A stretch of 64,000 nt of DNA from Oculina patagonica (lineage: Eukaryota), in NCBI RefSeq assembly GCF_052425735.1, contig NC_135760.1, positions 21,204,001 to 21,268,000 on the forward strand. The letters are read 5' to 3'. Under the pieces are notes generated by a model. It was not told where the DNA came from. It did no database searches and was given only the letters and a program-made list of their open reading frames with translations. Made by a program: the position numbers and the translations under genes. Of this stretch, positions 34,501 through 47,474 are shown in pieces. Numbering within the stretch: position 1 is the first letter of the stretch; each line of letters begins with the position of its first letter.

Positions 34501-37293
34501 TTGTGGGCAAGTATTTTAACCAAAGAGAAACAAATTGTTGAGGAGTCATTTTTGTAAAATTTTTGTTACTTCTTGGAAATTCACTTACTCAAATGCCCTT
34601 TTCACCAAGTCCGACAATGAAGTAAACTCAATACTTCTATTTCTATTTTCCAAAAGAAAAGTCCAGTCATGTTAATCATGCTTCTTAATTAATCCACAGA
34701 TTGTGATAAAACTAAATGCACGTCGATGTATTTGGAGGCTTGTGGATCAGTTACTGTTCCAACTGATATTGTCCCAGATCATTTGCTGTAAGTACATTGA
34801 CTAATTCTTTTCACTGCATCACATCATACATATAATTGCATAACATCAACTTCCAAAAATAGATTTAAAAAAAAAATGGAGATAAGCCCCTTACCTCCCA
34901 AACACAGAGGCGTGGTGGCCTTATGGTTAGCACGCTCAACTCCAGGCCAAGTGGCCCGGGTTCGAGCCCTGGCCACGGCACTGGGTTGTGTTCTTGGGCA
35001 AGACACTTTACTCTTACAGTGCTTCTCTCCCCCCAGGTGTATAAGTGGGTACCGGCAAATTTACTGCTGGGGGGTAACCCTGTGATGGACTAGCATCACA
35101 TCCAGGGGGGAGTAGCAATACTCCTAGTTGCTTAATGCTATGGAAACCAGGATGAGGTCCGACTTGTTGGACCACTTGGCTCAGACAGGCTTTACCTTAC
35201 CTCACCTCCCAAACACAGGTACAAAAATGTTACTTATGCTTGAATTTGTTTCCAAAATCTTAAATCAATCATGGTCTGTCATTCTCTAGGTCCAGAAGCA
35301 CTTGCAACATTTCAGCTGCTAACAACATTGTACAAATGGCCAGCATTAAGAAACATGCAAGAACAGTAGAGCAAGAAAGTAAACTGTGTTCCACTGGAAT
35401 AAAGGCTGAGACAAGTGTGCCTGTGAAAAACCAACACACTACAACTGCAACAATGACCATGGTAAGCAATAGTAAAATTATGATTATTTGTACACTCATA
35501 CTCAGGGTAGGTTAAAACAACTTGTGAATTATGGCAATTTTAAAGTAAACCATACCTGATTAAAGCTGTTTTTTTAGGCCAAAAAGAGCAACAGATTTTA
35601 TTAAAATGACTTGTAGTCCAAGATTTAAGATACTTTAAAAAACCAGGGTTTTCATTAAGAAAATTTTGTAATAGCAGGAGAATAGTGTACAGTAACCGGA
35701 CAATTAAACTTGATAAAACACTGCTGCTCATTCATTAAACATTACTTACTTTTAGTAGTGCTGGAACAGCTTTACATTGTTAAGATTAATAAACAAAATG
35801 AATGTTCAGAAATTTACTTATGATGATGGGAATAATGGGAACAAGTGCTGCACTTAAAGATGCATGGTTTGCCATTGTACTTTAATTAGTTAATCCTATT
35901 AACTAATTGACCTAAAACTGGTTGATGCTAAACTTAACTTTTATTTGCCACAACTTAGTGTAATTAGCACCTTCATCTAACAAATTATTTTCTTACTGTT
36001 AGTACCGTAAGTTAAAAAAAAATGTAGTTTTAGAAGGTTATAGAATTTATGTTGTGACATGCCGGATTATTTAGGACAAAAATAGTTGTTCAGTCCCACT
36101 TTGTAAGGCAGGACCAAATAACCTGTCAGATTTTTTTCTTTCAGGTCGATGCTTCAGCTGTTAACTTAAGACTTCAGTACTCTAGTTACTTCCTGTTTGT
36201 GATGGTCATCACCTGTGTGCTTTATGGAATGATCAAAGGAAGACCAGCTAAACAGAGCTTTAACAAAAAGGTATTTGCCGCAGTTTAGTGTACGGACAAA
36301 TTACCGTATTTATTCGATTAAGCGCCCTGGGCGCTTATTAAATTTTTTTGGTCCTTGGGAGTGGGCGCTTATTCGAGGCGGGCGCTAATTCGAGGCTGGG
36401 CGCTAATTAAATTTTCACGATTTTCAGCAAATATTAAGTTTATTGTTGTAGCAAAACAATGAATAATAATGGGTAATAATAAAAGGGGAAGACGTACCAA
36501 ACCAAAATTTTAACTGTTCATTGAAAGATTCTGTAAAATAGTAAGAAAACTCGATCATGGGGGAAGTCTTCTTAGTAGTACATAGTCAATTTCAATAATC
36601 AATACTCCTCTTATGGTTTTCATTTTTTTTGTGTGTGTGGGGTGGGGGTGGGCGCTTATTCGAGGCTGGGCGCTTATTAACTTTTCCTACCTTCAGGGTG
36701 GGCGCTTATTCGAGGTGGGCGCTAATTCGAGGTTGGGCGCTTAATCAAATAAATACGGTATAATAACTACAGGTCTGTTCACTATTGTCTTGAGAATTAT
36801 TTGGCTCAGCTTGTGTAGATCATAATAATCAAGTAGCCTTCTGCTAAAGGTATGGCTGAGAGCATTTAAAAACTGGCCATGGGTCAAATGGTGTAGAAGT
36901 TGCCCAAAATTGTATTATATTTATAGTTAGAGACAAAGAGTGTCATACAAGAATTGTATTATGTCAGGCTGTTGATCAATACATTATTTGCTTGGTCAGT
37001 GTGTCTTTATCTGATTTTTTCTCTTTCTTTCTTTGTTTGTGTGAATTTGTTCCTCTTGCCGACCTGTTATTTCTTTTCATTTAATGCTAATGTCAACTGG
37101 CTGCCTGGCTCCACTAGCCCCTATGGTTATTCCAGGCAGCCAGTAGTCTTACTTTATTTAAATTTTACTTTTTGTATAAATAATTATTTTTGAAATGGCA
37201 AGAGTGCATTTAAGGTTGTTGTTGTTGTCAGTTTGTTAGTTAATTATTCAGTTGGTCCGTTGGTTGGTCTATTGGTCCATTAGTCAGTCAGTC

Positions 37294-37324
<31 letters not shown>

Positions 37325-37508
37325 GAGTCAGTCAGTCAGTGTTGAGAAGTGAACTTATGTTCATAAATTATAGGTAGTTCATAAGTTATAGGTTAAGTGC
37401 ATACATTGTGTACACTGTACAATGTATACACTATAGACTCAAAAGCCTACTTATGTTAATATTTTTTTGTTTTGTTTTTTATTGTTACAGACAAACCTTC
37501 CTCTGTGA
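31569..37508 (+). CDS. TMEM248: Transmembrane protein 248 homologue (exons 31569-31733, 32590-32836, 34062-34121, 34700-34787, 35290-35461, 36145-36270, 37491-37508)
   Basis: Phase-compatible exons. N-terminal SRPPCVVF...LGYF and EWHSFL, and C-terminal VNLRLQYSSYFLFVMVITCVLYGMIKGRP, match remembered TMEM248 motifs. The last tiny exon is less certain. Confidence 0.85.
34905..35195 (+). mobile_element. tRNA-derived SINE in a TMEM248 intron
   Basis: Same family as 6990-7285, flanked by a repeated CCTCCCAAACACAG (probable TSD). Confidence 0.75.
36302..36760. mobile_element. TA-flanked MITE (CCGTATTTATTCGA...GGGCGCTTATTCGAGG family)
   Basis: TACCGTATTTATTCGATTAAGCGCCC / GGGCGCTTAATCAAATAAATACGGTA. 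A related copy lies at about 50042-50548. Confidence 0.8.
37281..37340. repeat. (CAGT)n microsatellite
   Basis: Direct reading. Confidence 0.9.
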
Positions 37509-38581
37509 TGTAAAAGATGAAGAGATGATACGATATGAGATCTATCAAATCATCACATTCGTCTTCATGCATGTTCATGGTGACACAGATACATACTAGT
37601 TATAACTTATAGACTATAGATGTCTACAATTCCACACCTGTAAATAGCTTTGCACTATTTTATTATGGTCATGGGGAATGCTTATTATAATATAGAATTC
37701 ATGTTGTAAAATAAAATTTAAGCAAGTTGAAAGTAAGACATCTTTTTACTTTTTGTATTGGCACAAAAAACATGCCAAGTCTCAAAGCATTTTTTGCCTG
37801 TTAGGAAAGTGAAAGTTAAATAAGCCTGGCAAGAAAAGACATAAGTCTTGTCACTTTGTCACTCGCTTTTCCCCACTTTGTGGTTTGTATTTGAGAATTA
37901 GAAATGCGGAAACCGCTAGAACCAGGGAATCATGACGCCTAATTTTGCTGTAATAATTCTATTAGGTCAAGTTTAAACAAGGCACTATTCTTGCTCTTAT
38001 TTCCATGTCAAATGCAATTAATTAAATCTTTGTATCAACATGATGCTAGTAATGGTTGTAGAGTACTTGTTATGCAAGTGTGGTTTGATGCTACTTGTAA
38101 TGCTGAACTTGCTAACATTCAAGGCCGAAGTAGGAATAGTTGTATTGTTGGGGTTTTTTAAATATCTGAATATGGCTTTAGTGTGCTGGATTAAAAAAAA
38201 TATGATTTTTGACTCAACTGCATGTGAGGTTGATCTTAAGCTGGTGCTTTAAGATCTTTTTAAGCGTCTACCCTGATTTATACATTTATTACATTGTGCT
38301 TGATTACAACCATAGTAATTGTATCAGTTGCTTTTGTTTTGTATATTACGTATTTAATATCATTGCGATGGTAAATTAATAAAAGAGTGGGAAGAAGTTA
38401 CGAAAATAAAGTTAAACAAGAAATTCCTTGAAGTATTCGTTAATGATTAGACCAAACGAACAGACATGACACTATCTAGAGATATTTTATACATATCAGT
38501 AAATTATAGTCTGGTATCTACAGCCCCTTTGTATTTATAAAAAAGAAAGAAAGAAAAAAAAAAAACAATAATCAAGTTATG

Positions 38582-38654
38582 AAAAACAAAACGTTTTCGA
38601 CTCGAAGGTCATCATAAGTGATGATGACCTTCGAGTCGAAAACGTTTTGTTTTT
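38582..38654. repeat. Perfect hairpin, 34-bp arms and 5-nt loop
   Basis: AAAAACAAAACGTTTTCGACTCGAAGGTCATCAT-AAGTG-ATGATGACCTTCGAGTCGAAAACGTTTTGTTTTT. Confidence 0.9.
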
Positions 38655-40208
38655 AAAAACTTTATAACTTTTATCCCTTTTTTAGCCTTTTTAAAATTAT
38701 TTTATGAGCAACATTATGACAACAAGTTGTGAAACTTTATTAAAAAGTGAGAAGGGACACGCCCTAAAAGTTTGGTTTGATAACTGGTAATAAAGCGTGT
38801 GTTGTTGATCATAGAACACTAATCCAGGATTAAAAGTTAACTAAGGTTTAATTTCTCTTATACAAAAGTGTTTTTTTTTTGCTAATATGTTGTGGAGTTT
38901 GAGATAAGTTGACATCAAAACTGAAGGACAAAAAATATGAACAGAAAACCGGACTGAAAAGTAATAAAATTGAAATAAAAATTCATGCTTAGATTAGCTT
39001 ATAAATCGTTCTAAGGACGACCTGGCTCTGAACTTCGAGGCTTGAATGTTCATTAAGCGACAGTCCACCGATGGAGGACTTTATAAGGCGCGGCAAATCG
39101 AGGAAACGTTTCCATAAGTGTTTCCTCGTTTTACATGGTTCCATGCAGCGCGGAAACACGGAATGTTTCTACGAGAAGCAGAAGCAAATTTTGCTTCTTG
39201 GAGACGAAAATTAGCTCTGGAAACATGCTTCCAGTATGGCAAAATTGGGAATCATGCGCGCGTTACGAATGTTTCTGGAATTATGTTTTCTTCTTTTTCT
39301 TTAGACGTGCCGTGTTTATTAAGCGCATATCGATACGGACCCACCGTCTATTTAGAGTTACATATTTGCCATTTTGCTTTGCCTCCTTATTTGACCGCGC
39401 TTTCTATGTGATCAGTCTATGAGGGGCCTGATGGGGTAAACTGCAGGTACTGGGATTTGCCTATTTTTTCACTTGAAAAATGATACTTGGGCAAGAAAAC
39501 ACAGAAAAGGCGCTGGGAAATGAGCGCTGAACACCGCATTAACAAACAAACAAAATTCGGCAAATATCGCAAAAATTCCGAAAATACTGCAATTTCATAG
39601 TAAGCTACCATAGAGGCGGATTCATTGACCCGAGGGCAAAAAACGAGGCGAGAACGAGTGGCGGGACCGCGGAAGCAATGACACGACTTTTAACTGGTTG
39701 TCAAAACAGTAAATTTGCGGATTAAAATGTTTGACAAAATATAGGCTGTTTTAGCTTGCTTCCGAAACAACCAGAAACTTCTAAAAATGGTCGGGAAACC
39801 CTAAGAAAACGCATCTCGTATGTTTGGAGAATACCGCAATTAATGATTAAAATTACCGAAATACCGCATGAAAAATTTGCCAATATCGCAAACCCCAATG
39901 TCCTCTTGTAGCATGAAGGAAATTGTTACTTCGAAATTGGATTCAATGGAAAGGAATGCTAATCATTCGCAGGTTATGAGAAAATATAGGCAAATGAGTC
40001 TATCAAATCAGTTTGTTAAAATACTACTTGTATTTCTCGAAAGAACTTTGAAAAAACCTTAAATACAATTGCAGTTCTACTTGATAATATGGTGCTAACA
40101 TTTCAAAAAAAGCCGTAAAATCAGCTTAGAAAATCCTTCAGAGTTTTGGAGTGCGTAGAGTTGGTATGTTATGTTCTGTGTGTACATGAAATTGTTTGAG
40201 ATTACTTT

Positions 40209-40446
40209 TCACCTTTGTGAAATCGATCTGTGGTGCTTAGACAGAGCACGGAAGACGCGAAACACCTTTTCGCATTGCATATAGTGATCTGGCCTTTGAC
40301 CTGTGTGAGTGCGGAGGTGCATAGTCAGATGACTAAAGGTGTTGAACGCCTTGTTACATTGCGAACACTAATATGGCTTTTTGCCTGTGTGAGTACGGAG
40401 GTGTGCGGTCAGATGACTAAGCTGGTTAAACGCCTTGTTACATTGA

Positions 40447-40478
<32 letters not shown>

Positions 40479-40530
40479 ACGGAGGTGCGTGGTCAGATGA
40501 TGAGGCATGTTAAACGCCTTGTTACATTGA

Positions 40531-40562
<32 letters not shown>

Positions 40563-40614
40563 GCGGAGGTGCGAAGTCAGATTACTAAGCTGGTTAAACG
40601 CCTTGTTGCAATGA

Positions 40615-40646
<32 letters not shown>

Positions 40647-40698
40647 ACGGACGTGTCTGGTCAGATCAATATACTGCTTAAACGCCTTGTTGCAATGA

Positions 40699-40730
<32 letters not shown>

Positions 40731-40782
40731 ACGGAGGTGGCTGGTCAGACTGTGGAGCATGTTAAACGCTTTGTTACATTGA

Positions 40783-40814
<32 letters not shown>

Positions 40815-40866
40815 ACGGAGGTGCGAAGTCAGATTACCAAGTTGGCTAAACGCCTTGTTACATTGA

Positions 40867-40898
<32 letters not shown>

Positions 40899-43800
40899 AC
40901 GGAGGTGCTTGGTCAGATGTTCAAGCCGGTTAAACGCCTTGTTACATTGAGTACACTGATATGGCTTTTCACCTGTGTGCGTACGGAGGTGTCGGGTCAG
41001 ATCACCAAGCCGGTTAAACGCCTTGTTACATTGAGTACACTGAGATGGCTTTTCGCCTGTGTGAGTACGGAGGTGCTTGGTCAGATGAATTCCCTGGTTA
41101 AATGCCGTGTCACACTGTGTATACTTGTATTGCTTTTCTCCACTGTGACTTCGAAGGTGTGTGGCTAGAGACCTAGCGTCGCTAAACGCTTCACTACATT
41201 GCGTGCACTGGTATTGCTTTTCATCTGCATGAACCTGGTGGATGTGCATGTTAAGATGATTAACTGTCATGAAGTTTTTCTGGCACTTTCAACATTCCCA
41301 GTTTAAATTCCTGGAAGAACAGCGCTTCTTATGTCTTTGAAGAAAGTTTATTGATGTGTACATTCTCTTACAGCCCTCGCATGTGTAGGCATTACCTGAA
41401 AAATAAGTAGCAAATTTCTTTAACAAAAAAAAAAATTGAAAATGTGGAAGCAATCAGAACCGATCATTACAAAAATTGCATTTATTTTTTGCAAATGAGT
41501 GACATTAAATTATATTTGATACCTAAAATGAAATATTCACCCGGAATTTCTTCTTAGCTAAAGAAATTATAGTATCAACTTCAAATCACTCAAACTATCG
41601 GTGTAATAAATTTACAAGTATATATTTTAGTTACTCAAGTCGGCAACTGATATTGCTTTTTGTAGTACGCTTTTCTGATAGGTTACTGAAATCAGGTAGC
41701 TTACGAGTAATTATTGAAAATGGTTCGCCTCGATTGATTTCAACCCCGATACAGTAATATCGTAAAAATTCCAAATCACCTTAACCAGCGCCTTGTTCTC
41801 TCTTGTGTGTAATCGAAAGTAAATGGCTAGGACGGAGTTACGTGTACAAATGTCCCACCTTATGCATGCCCCCTATCTATAACCCCCCCCCCCCCCGGCT
41901 ATAAGGTTCTACCGTTGTGTGCCCTAACCTGCGATCAGGCGTTTTGTTTTTCTCTTTCCACCCCCGCGAAAAAATGAACGCCTAATCACAGGCTAGTGTG
42001 GCCCCAGCACTTTGCTCTGACGAAACTTTTACGAAGGGCTGACGTTCTACACGTCAGCTTTTCAAAATTTGCCAGGGCGGTTTATTTACCACTATCAACT
42101 GCAGCCAGTTGATAATCAACTAAGTGCTCTACTTGCCCATTGACGCATCACAAAAGTTTATTTAACTTTGTCTAGAAAAACAAATTCCACTTATGACGGC
42201 CCAATGACTAGTTGTGTCTACGAGACACGTCTGCAGGTAATCATGGTACAGTCAACTCTCTCTAAGACGGACACCGTCGGGACCGGCCCCAACTGTCCGT
42301 CTTAGAGAGGTGTCCGTTTTATAGAGAGTCGAAGTAACCTGACACCAGAAATTTTGAGATGATAAAGCTGAACGGCTATGCACAACGGATACACGTCTGT
42401 TTTAATTCGCTTACTTTAGCAAAACCTATAAAGTGGAGCAAAAATAGTATCAGAAATCGACTCATTTGCTCATTACAAACAGTAATACTGTAAGTATAAA
42501 ACTATCTCTTTGGTGCCCATGCGCAGAGAAGTAATACGTTATAGTGGATTGTTTTTGGTAAGTTTGGTATTCTAAAGGCGCTGACTTACTATGATATATG
42601 TCGATACCATGTTTTGAAGTATTATTCACTAAAAAATAACTTTTTGTGCGTGTCCGTTAGCTGTTTCAAGTGTCCGTTGTCCGTCTTAGAGAGGTGTCCG
42701 TCTTACAGAGAGTTTTGGTACAGTAAAATGACTGAAAAACGGCAGGGACCATCACCAGGTGTCCGTCTTATGGAGGTGTCCGTCTTATACAGGTGTCCGT
42801 TAAGAGAGAGTTGACTGTAGTTGTTATTAGCACAATAGATCTACGACTTTGCAAAGTCGAATACAGCTACCAAGATTCGCCTGCATTCGCCTGCTGTTTG
42901 TGAATCTAAAGTAAAAAATTTAAGTGAGAAAAGGCTTTTGATATTATCGATTTACCTTTTCTTTCGTTTGCTTGGTCATCAAAGAGAGAGATCCCCAAAT
43001 CTTTAGCGTAACTCTCTCCATACCATACTAGCAGTTCTTTTCCTGGGTTTACAGGCTTGTAAGTTCTGTAGTAGATCTCGCCTCTAAACTGATAGGCTAC
43101 CAAGTTCTGTTCGTCCTCGCAACGAGAGCAATTTACAAAGCGCATCCAGTTACTCTCATTTTCATCTCGACCATCCACGAAATGACTGAACTTGCCATCT
43201 TTAACAATCTATAAATTAAGTAAAAGTTTAACTGTTTCGATAAACCTTGTAAACGGTTTAGGTATTTTCATAAGGCTTGCCGGTGCATTCTAAGTTCTTA
43301 TTCTTCTCGACTGTTGACATGAAGCAAAATATAACATTAAAACTAAAAAAATTATGAGGTGCATTATGTTCTACATTATGATATTAACAGACCAGTGCAT
43401 GCAACTGGCACAAGATGTTGCTAGCTTAAGGACTGCAATGGCAATGGAGGAGTGGGAAGCAATATTCGTTATCGCCTTTGTGCTACAGAAACCACTTCAC
43501 GCTACTGGAAGATCCAGGCGCTGGGTCTACGGCTTCCTTGGCTTGAATGCGGACTTACTCTTTATCTTATGTTACTGTTTATCTTACCAACTTGCAGCCC
43601 TTTTGATAAATTCATACGCTCGTGCGTCTCATATTGCTTATTACAATTCATTGGCAATTAATAAACAATCATGACAAATAGTAAAGAAGTTATAACTGAA
43701 TAAAATCGAGAGCCAAAACGACGATGTCGGATCAGTGTGAAAGAGTCAAAGACCCCATATAAATGTTCGCAGTAAGGAAACCGTATATAATCACAAGACT

Positions 43801-46669
43801 GGACAAGTGACAAAAAGAGTGTTATTTGAAAAATAGACATTCTCTGCTGGACTAGGAGTGCCTCCAACGTTAATATACATGTAACTATCGTCTGGATCGT
43901 TATCTTTTTTTTAATACACTACCTCCCACATGTAACTTGTATTTGTTTTATCTGTTATATGCTGCCATCCTATCTTTTTTCCTTTATATGGACCAAATCG
44001 TACTCCTTTTGGAATTTCTGCTGTACTGAAAACGCCTAAACCTGCTCCAGGAATTGAAGAATTGCTTCTTTCAAGGACTGTGGGTAGTGAAGCCACTGCG
44101 GAGGACAAGTTAGAATTTCCCTCCTGAGTTCTGTCTTCTATGATTTGCAAAGGCCCATGTACTGGACAATCACCATAGTGGAGGTCTTGACATTCTTCAC
44201 AGACTAAAAGGTGCGATAATAATTGAAATTTTAAAAAGAATTGTTCAACAAAATATTGCTCCCGAACAAAACCAAACGTATTTTACAAGTAAAGTAAAGA
44301 CATTCTTAGCCTATCCGCGAATGTTCGCTATATCCGCGTTTTTGAGCAAAAAAGCAAGTTGCACTCATCGTCTATAAACTTACAGATGTAGTGGTCATCA
44401 TCGGGAACTTCAGCCTCGCAGTAGGAATGCTTTTTTCCTCGAGTAGCGTACTGAGTACGTTGCTCTGTTGACTTTTTCTTTCCACTTTTTGCCCCTTGCT
44501 TTCCAGAGATCGATTCTTTTTCTACTAAATTGAAGTCCAGTTCTTCTCCCAATCTACCAAGCTCATCAAATGCGCTAGAGTCATTCTCTTCGTTCTCCAC
44601 CTGTATCGTAAACCACAGGAAAACAACTGAACCAGAAAATTAAAGAACTGGTGGCTCGTAATGGTTTATATATTAAAGAGGTTTTACCAATAAACAAATT
44701 TAAGTCACCGTGATGTCAAAAATCGTTGCCATAGCAACGTCCAAAGTGGTCAAAGATACCTTATATTTGACTTTGGAGGCTAAAATCTCAAAAACTAGAC
44801 GGTGAAATGTTTTTGTTTTTCATATATCACAATGACCTCAATTTGTTCATTTGTAAAACTTGCACAAGGTTATACTTAAATATTTTCCTAAACATCATTA
44901 GTACTTTGAAATAAGCTTCACTGAACTTTTTACGACCTAAACAAAAAGTAAAGTGCGACCGCTCTTAAATGCAAAGCAAGGTACGTAGCCCTTTCGATTC
45001 CAGTTAACCTCATTTAGTCACCTCATTTAGACACGAAAGAACACCAATTTTTCTGTATACGAACATTTCTGGCCACTTTACCCCCTCAGTATCGCTCCGC
45101 CCCTTTTTTCCTCCCAACCTCTGTAAGCTGACACTTATGCTTGGTCTTATAACATAATAACGGTGTCTATTTACAGGAGGTCCGGCTCCTTTCTAGCCCG
45201 AGCAAAACACATAATTAAAGAAAATTATCATTATCTAGTTCGTAACTATGCACTGACAAAAAAAAACTAGATAAATCCGTATTTATACGGCGGATAATTA
45301 GAAATTTTAGTTTGAAGAACGCAATCAAAGTGAACTGAAAAAAGTCCATTAAAGCCGGAAAAAGTAGCCAAGAAAATGAACGGGCACCTCGTTCTTTTGC
45401 TCTCAGCTAAAATCAATATTGCAGATAGGGGACACACGTTGCGCGCAATGTTGCAGTCAGAAAGTGTCTCAACGATGTCCAATTAATTTTAGGGTTTAGC
45501 CTCGCGCTTGTGTAAATTAGATCCTTATCATTAAATTATCATTATCTAGTTATCATTATTAAAATTATCATTATCTAGTTCGTAACTATGCACTGACAAA
45601 AAAAAAAAAACTAGATAAATCCGTATTTATACGGCGGATGATTAGAAATTTTAGTTTGAAGAACGCAATCAAAGTGAACTGAAAAAAGTCCATTAAAGCC
45701 GGAAAAAGTAGCCAAGAAAATGAACGGGCACCTCGTTCTTTTGCTCTCAGCTAAAATCAATATTGCAGATAGGGGACACACGTTGCGCGCAATGTTGCAG
45801 TCAGAAAGTGTCTCAACGATGTCCAATTAATTTTAGGGTTTAGCCTCGCGCTTGTGTAAATTAGATCCTGGCATTGCACACAATACGAACACAAACGTTT
45901 AGCAATACAAATATAAACGTCAGTTATAGCTACTTGTAACAGGCAAATTATTATTACCAATTTACTTGGTTCCTTTCTTCCTTTTAGGACAGGGACGGTC
46001 TGAGGTTTTGGTCTAAATTCTGCAAAGGATAGCAACAGTCACCTTTTAACTTCGGAACAAACCATTTCTTGTTCTTATGTGCATTTTCACAAGTATTAAA
46101 CTAGCTGAGCTACCTGGAAGAAAGCGTTTTATCATTTTCTTTCGTTTTCTAACTTCTTCTGATCCTGGAACCCAATCTTCATCACTGTCATCACTGCTTT
46201 CACTTGAACTTTCGCTCTCACGGTCAACGGATAAGGTCTTACGCTTTTTAGCAGGCGTTTTTCGTGGGCGACTTGGGAGTCCAGCTGGAATTGCAGGGAC
46301 AGGAAGTCCTGAAGAATGAGAAAAAACCACAAGTATTTCGTCTTTGCAGATACGTTAGTCAGTTACGTAGTACATTAGTCGAAGTTGTTAATTTGAATTG
46401 CCTTGCCACCAGAAAACTTTTCCCGTACAAATCAGTGAACTCAAAATTCTCATCAGTCTTTCTATCCCTGCATGGCACTTTTTTTTTTGTCCCGGGTTTT
46501 GTATAGTACTATAACTTTAACTGAAAACGCACGCAACAAATTCCATAATGGACGATTGTTTATAGTCTACTAGTTATAAAAAATACTCACCCAGGCTTTT
46601 CATGAATTCATGGTTTCTCTTTATATTTCTCAGTCGCAAAAGCTCGTATTCAGACAATGTTCCACTCAT
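40209..46669 (-). CDS. PRDM9: PRDM9-type histone methyltransferase: partial KRAB, SSXRD, zinc knuckle, PR/SET and C2H2 array, with in-frame stops at 41289-41291 and 40368-40370 (exons 46591-46669, 46114-46308, 45958-46019, 44384-44600, 43923-44203, 42956-43208, 41395 down to 40209)
   Basis: Phase-compatible exons encode [30 protein letters not shown] (KRAB-like), [22 protein letters not shown] (SSXRD), [17 protein letters not shown] (knuckle), [11 protein letters not shown]...FGPYKG...SNWMRFVNC...EQNLVAYQ...IYYRT...[10 protein letters not shown] (SET), followed by a single-exon finger array. Confidence 0.9.
40290..41130 (-). repeat. 84-bp zinc-finger-coding minisatellite (about 10 near-identical units)
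   Basis: Repeating [16 protein letters not shown] framework with near-identical DNA and variation concentrated in the recognition helix. Confidence 0.95.
42249..42817. mobile_element. TA-flanked mariner/pogo-type MITE in a PRDM9 intron
   Basis: TA-CAGTCAACTCTCTCTAA...TTAAGAGAGAGTTGACTG-TA. Confidence 0.85.
45221..45869. repeat. Near-identical tandem duplication of about 305 bp (period about 340 bp) in a PRDM9 intron
   Basis: 45221-45525 is repeated at 45561-45869, which also explains the two nearly identical 71-aa ORFs in the track. Confidence 0.9.
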
Positions 46670-47339
46670 CTCACCTTTTCGCTTCTTCTACTAATCTGAA
46701 CTAAAAAAAATATAATTCGGTTTTACCAAGGATTGGATGACCTATTCTTGGTCTACATAATTGTAAAAATGCTCTAAAGTAAAACCCAGCCGATGGACAG
46801 CAAACTCTGTCTCATTCAAATTTGATCAAACAGAACATTTTATTTTAGAAACAACTTTTTATCCCACTCTTTGACAACAAATTTACACAGTGACTCACGG
46901 TTTGAGAAAGCTGTAGTTTTCCGCCAGTTATGTCAAAGAAGTACGGAAACAACAGGAAAAAAAAGGCTTTTCAGGCAGCTTCACAAATGTTTTGCACGGC
47001 AGTTGTTTTTGTTTTGCTAACAGTATAAAAGCCCTTTCATTTGTATAAATGCAAACATTTTACATTGTTTGACGCAGTGAAGATTCCAGCCGAATAAACT
47101 TTTCGCCCTCATTGAACTTATTTTTAACAAGCTTACCTTTTTCCAGCACTGACAAAATTTCAGTGGCCAAAGCCCAGTGATATTCCAAGTTTCTCCTAAC
47201 CGGCGTTACTGTTTTGAATAAGAACAACTTCACTTTTTAGGGATTTTCGAGGGAGAAAATTTGCAAAACCGCAAAGAAAAAAAATTCTCCGAACTCATCT
47301 CGAAGGAAAAAAAATCCCTCAGACAACGTCATCAGCTAC

Positions 47340-47390
47340 AAAACATCTGATTGGTCCGCTACTAGCAAGAAGAAGAAAGGGCGGGAAAAT
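47340..47390 (-). promoter_or_regulatory. Candidate PRDM9 promoter (CCAAT box and GC box)
   Basis: CTGATTGG (CCAATCAG on the minus strand) near 47347 and GGGCGGG near 47378, upstream of a probable 5' UTR donor (AAG/GTAAGC) near 47136. Confidence 0.4.
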
Positions 47391-47474
47391 GAACCCGCGG
47401 CCGCGGGAGGCATTTACAGCATTTTTGCCTTTCCTGGGGTGGAGTGGGGAGATGATACAATATACCAGGTAGGC

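Noticed and set aside
40230-41168. 312-aa repetitive hydrophobic ORF on the plus strand
   Set aside because: It is the antisense shadow of the zinc-finger minisatellite.
41289-41291. Selenocysteine recoding of the PRDM9 TGA
   Set aside because: The TGA is not at a Cys position of the CxxC, I identified no SECIS element, and a second (TAG) stop also exists.
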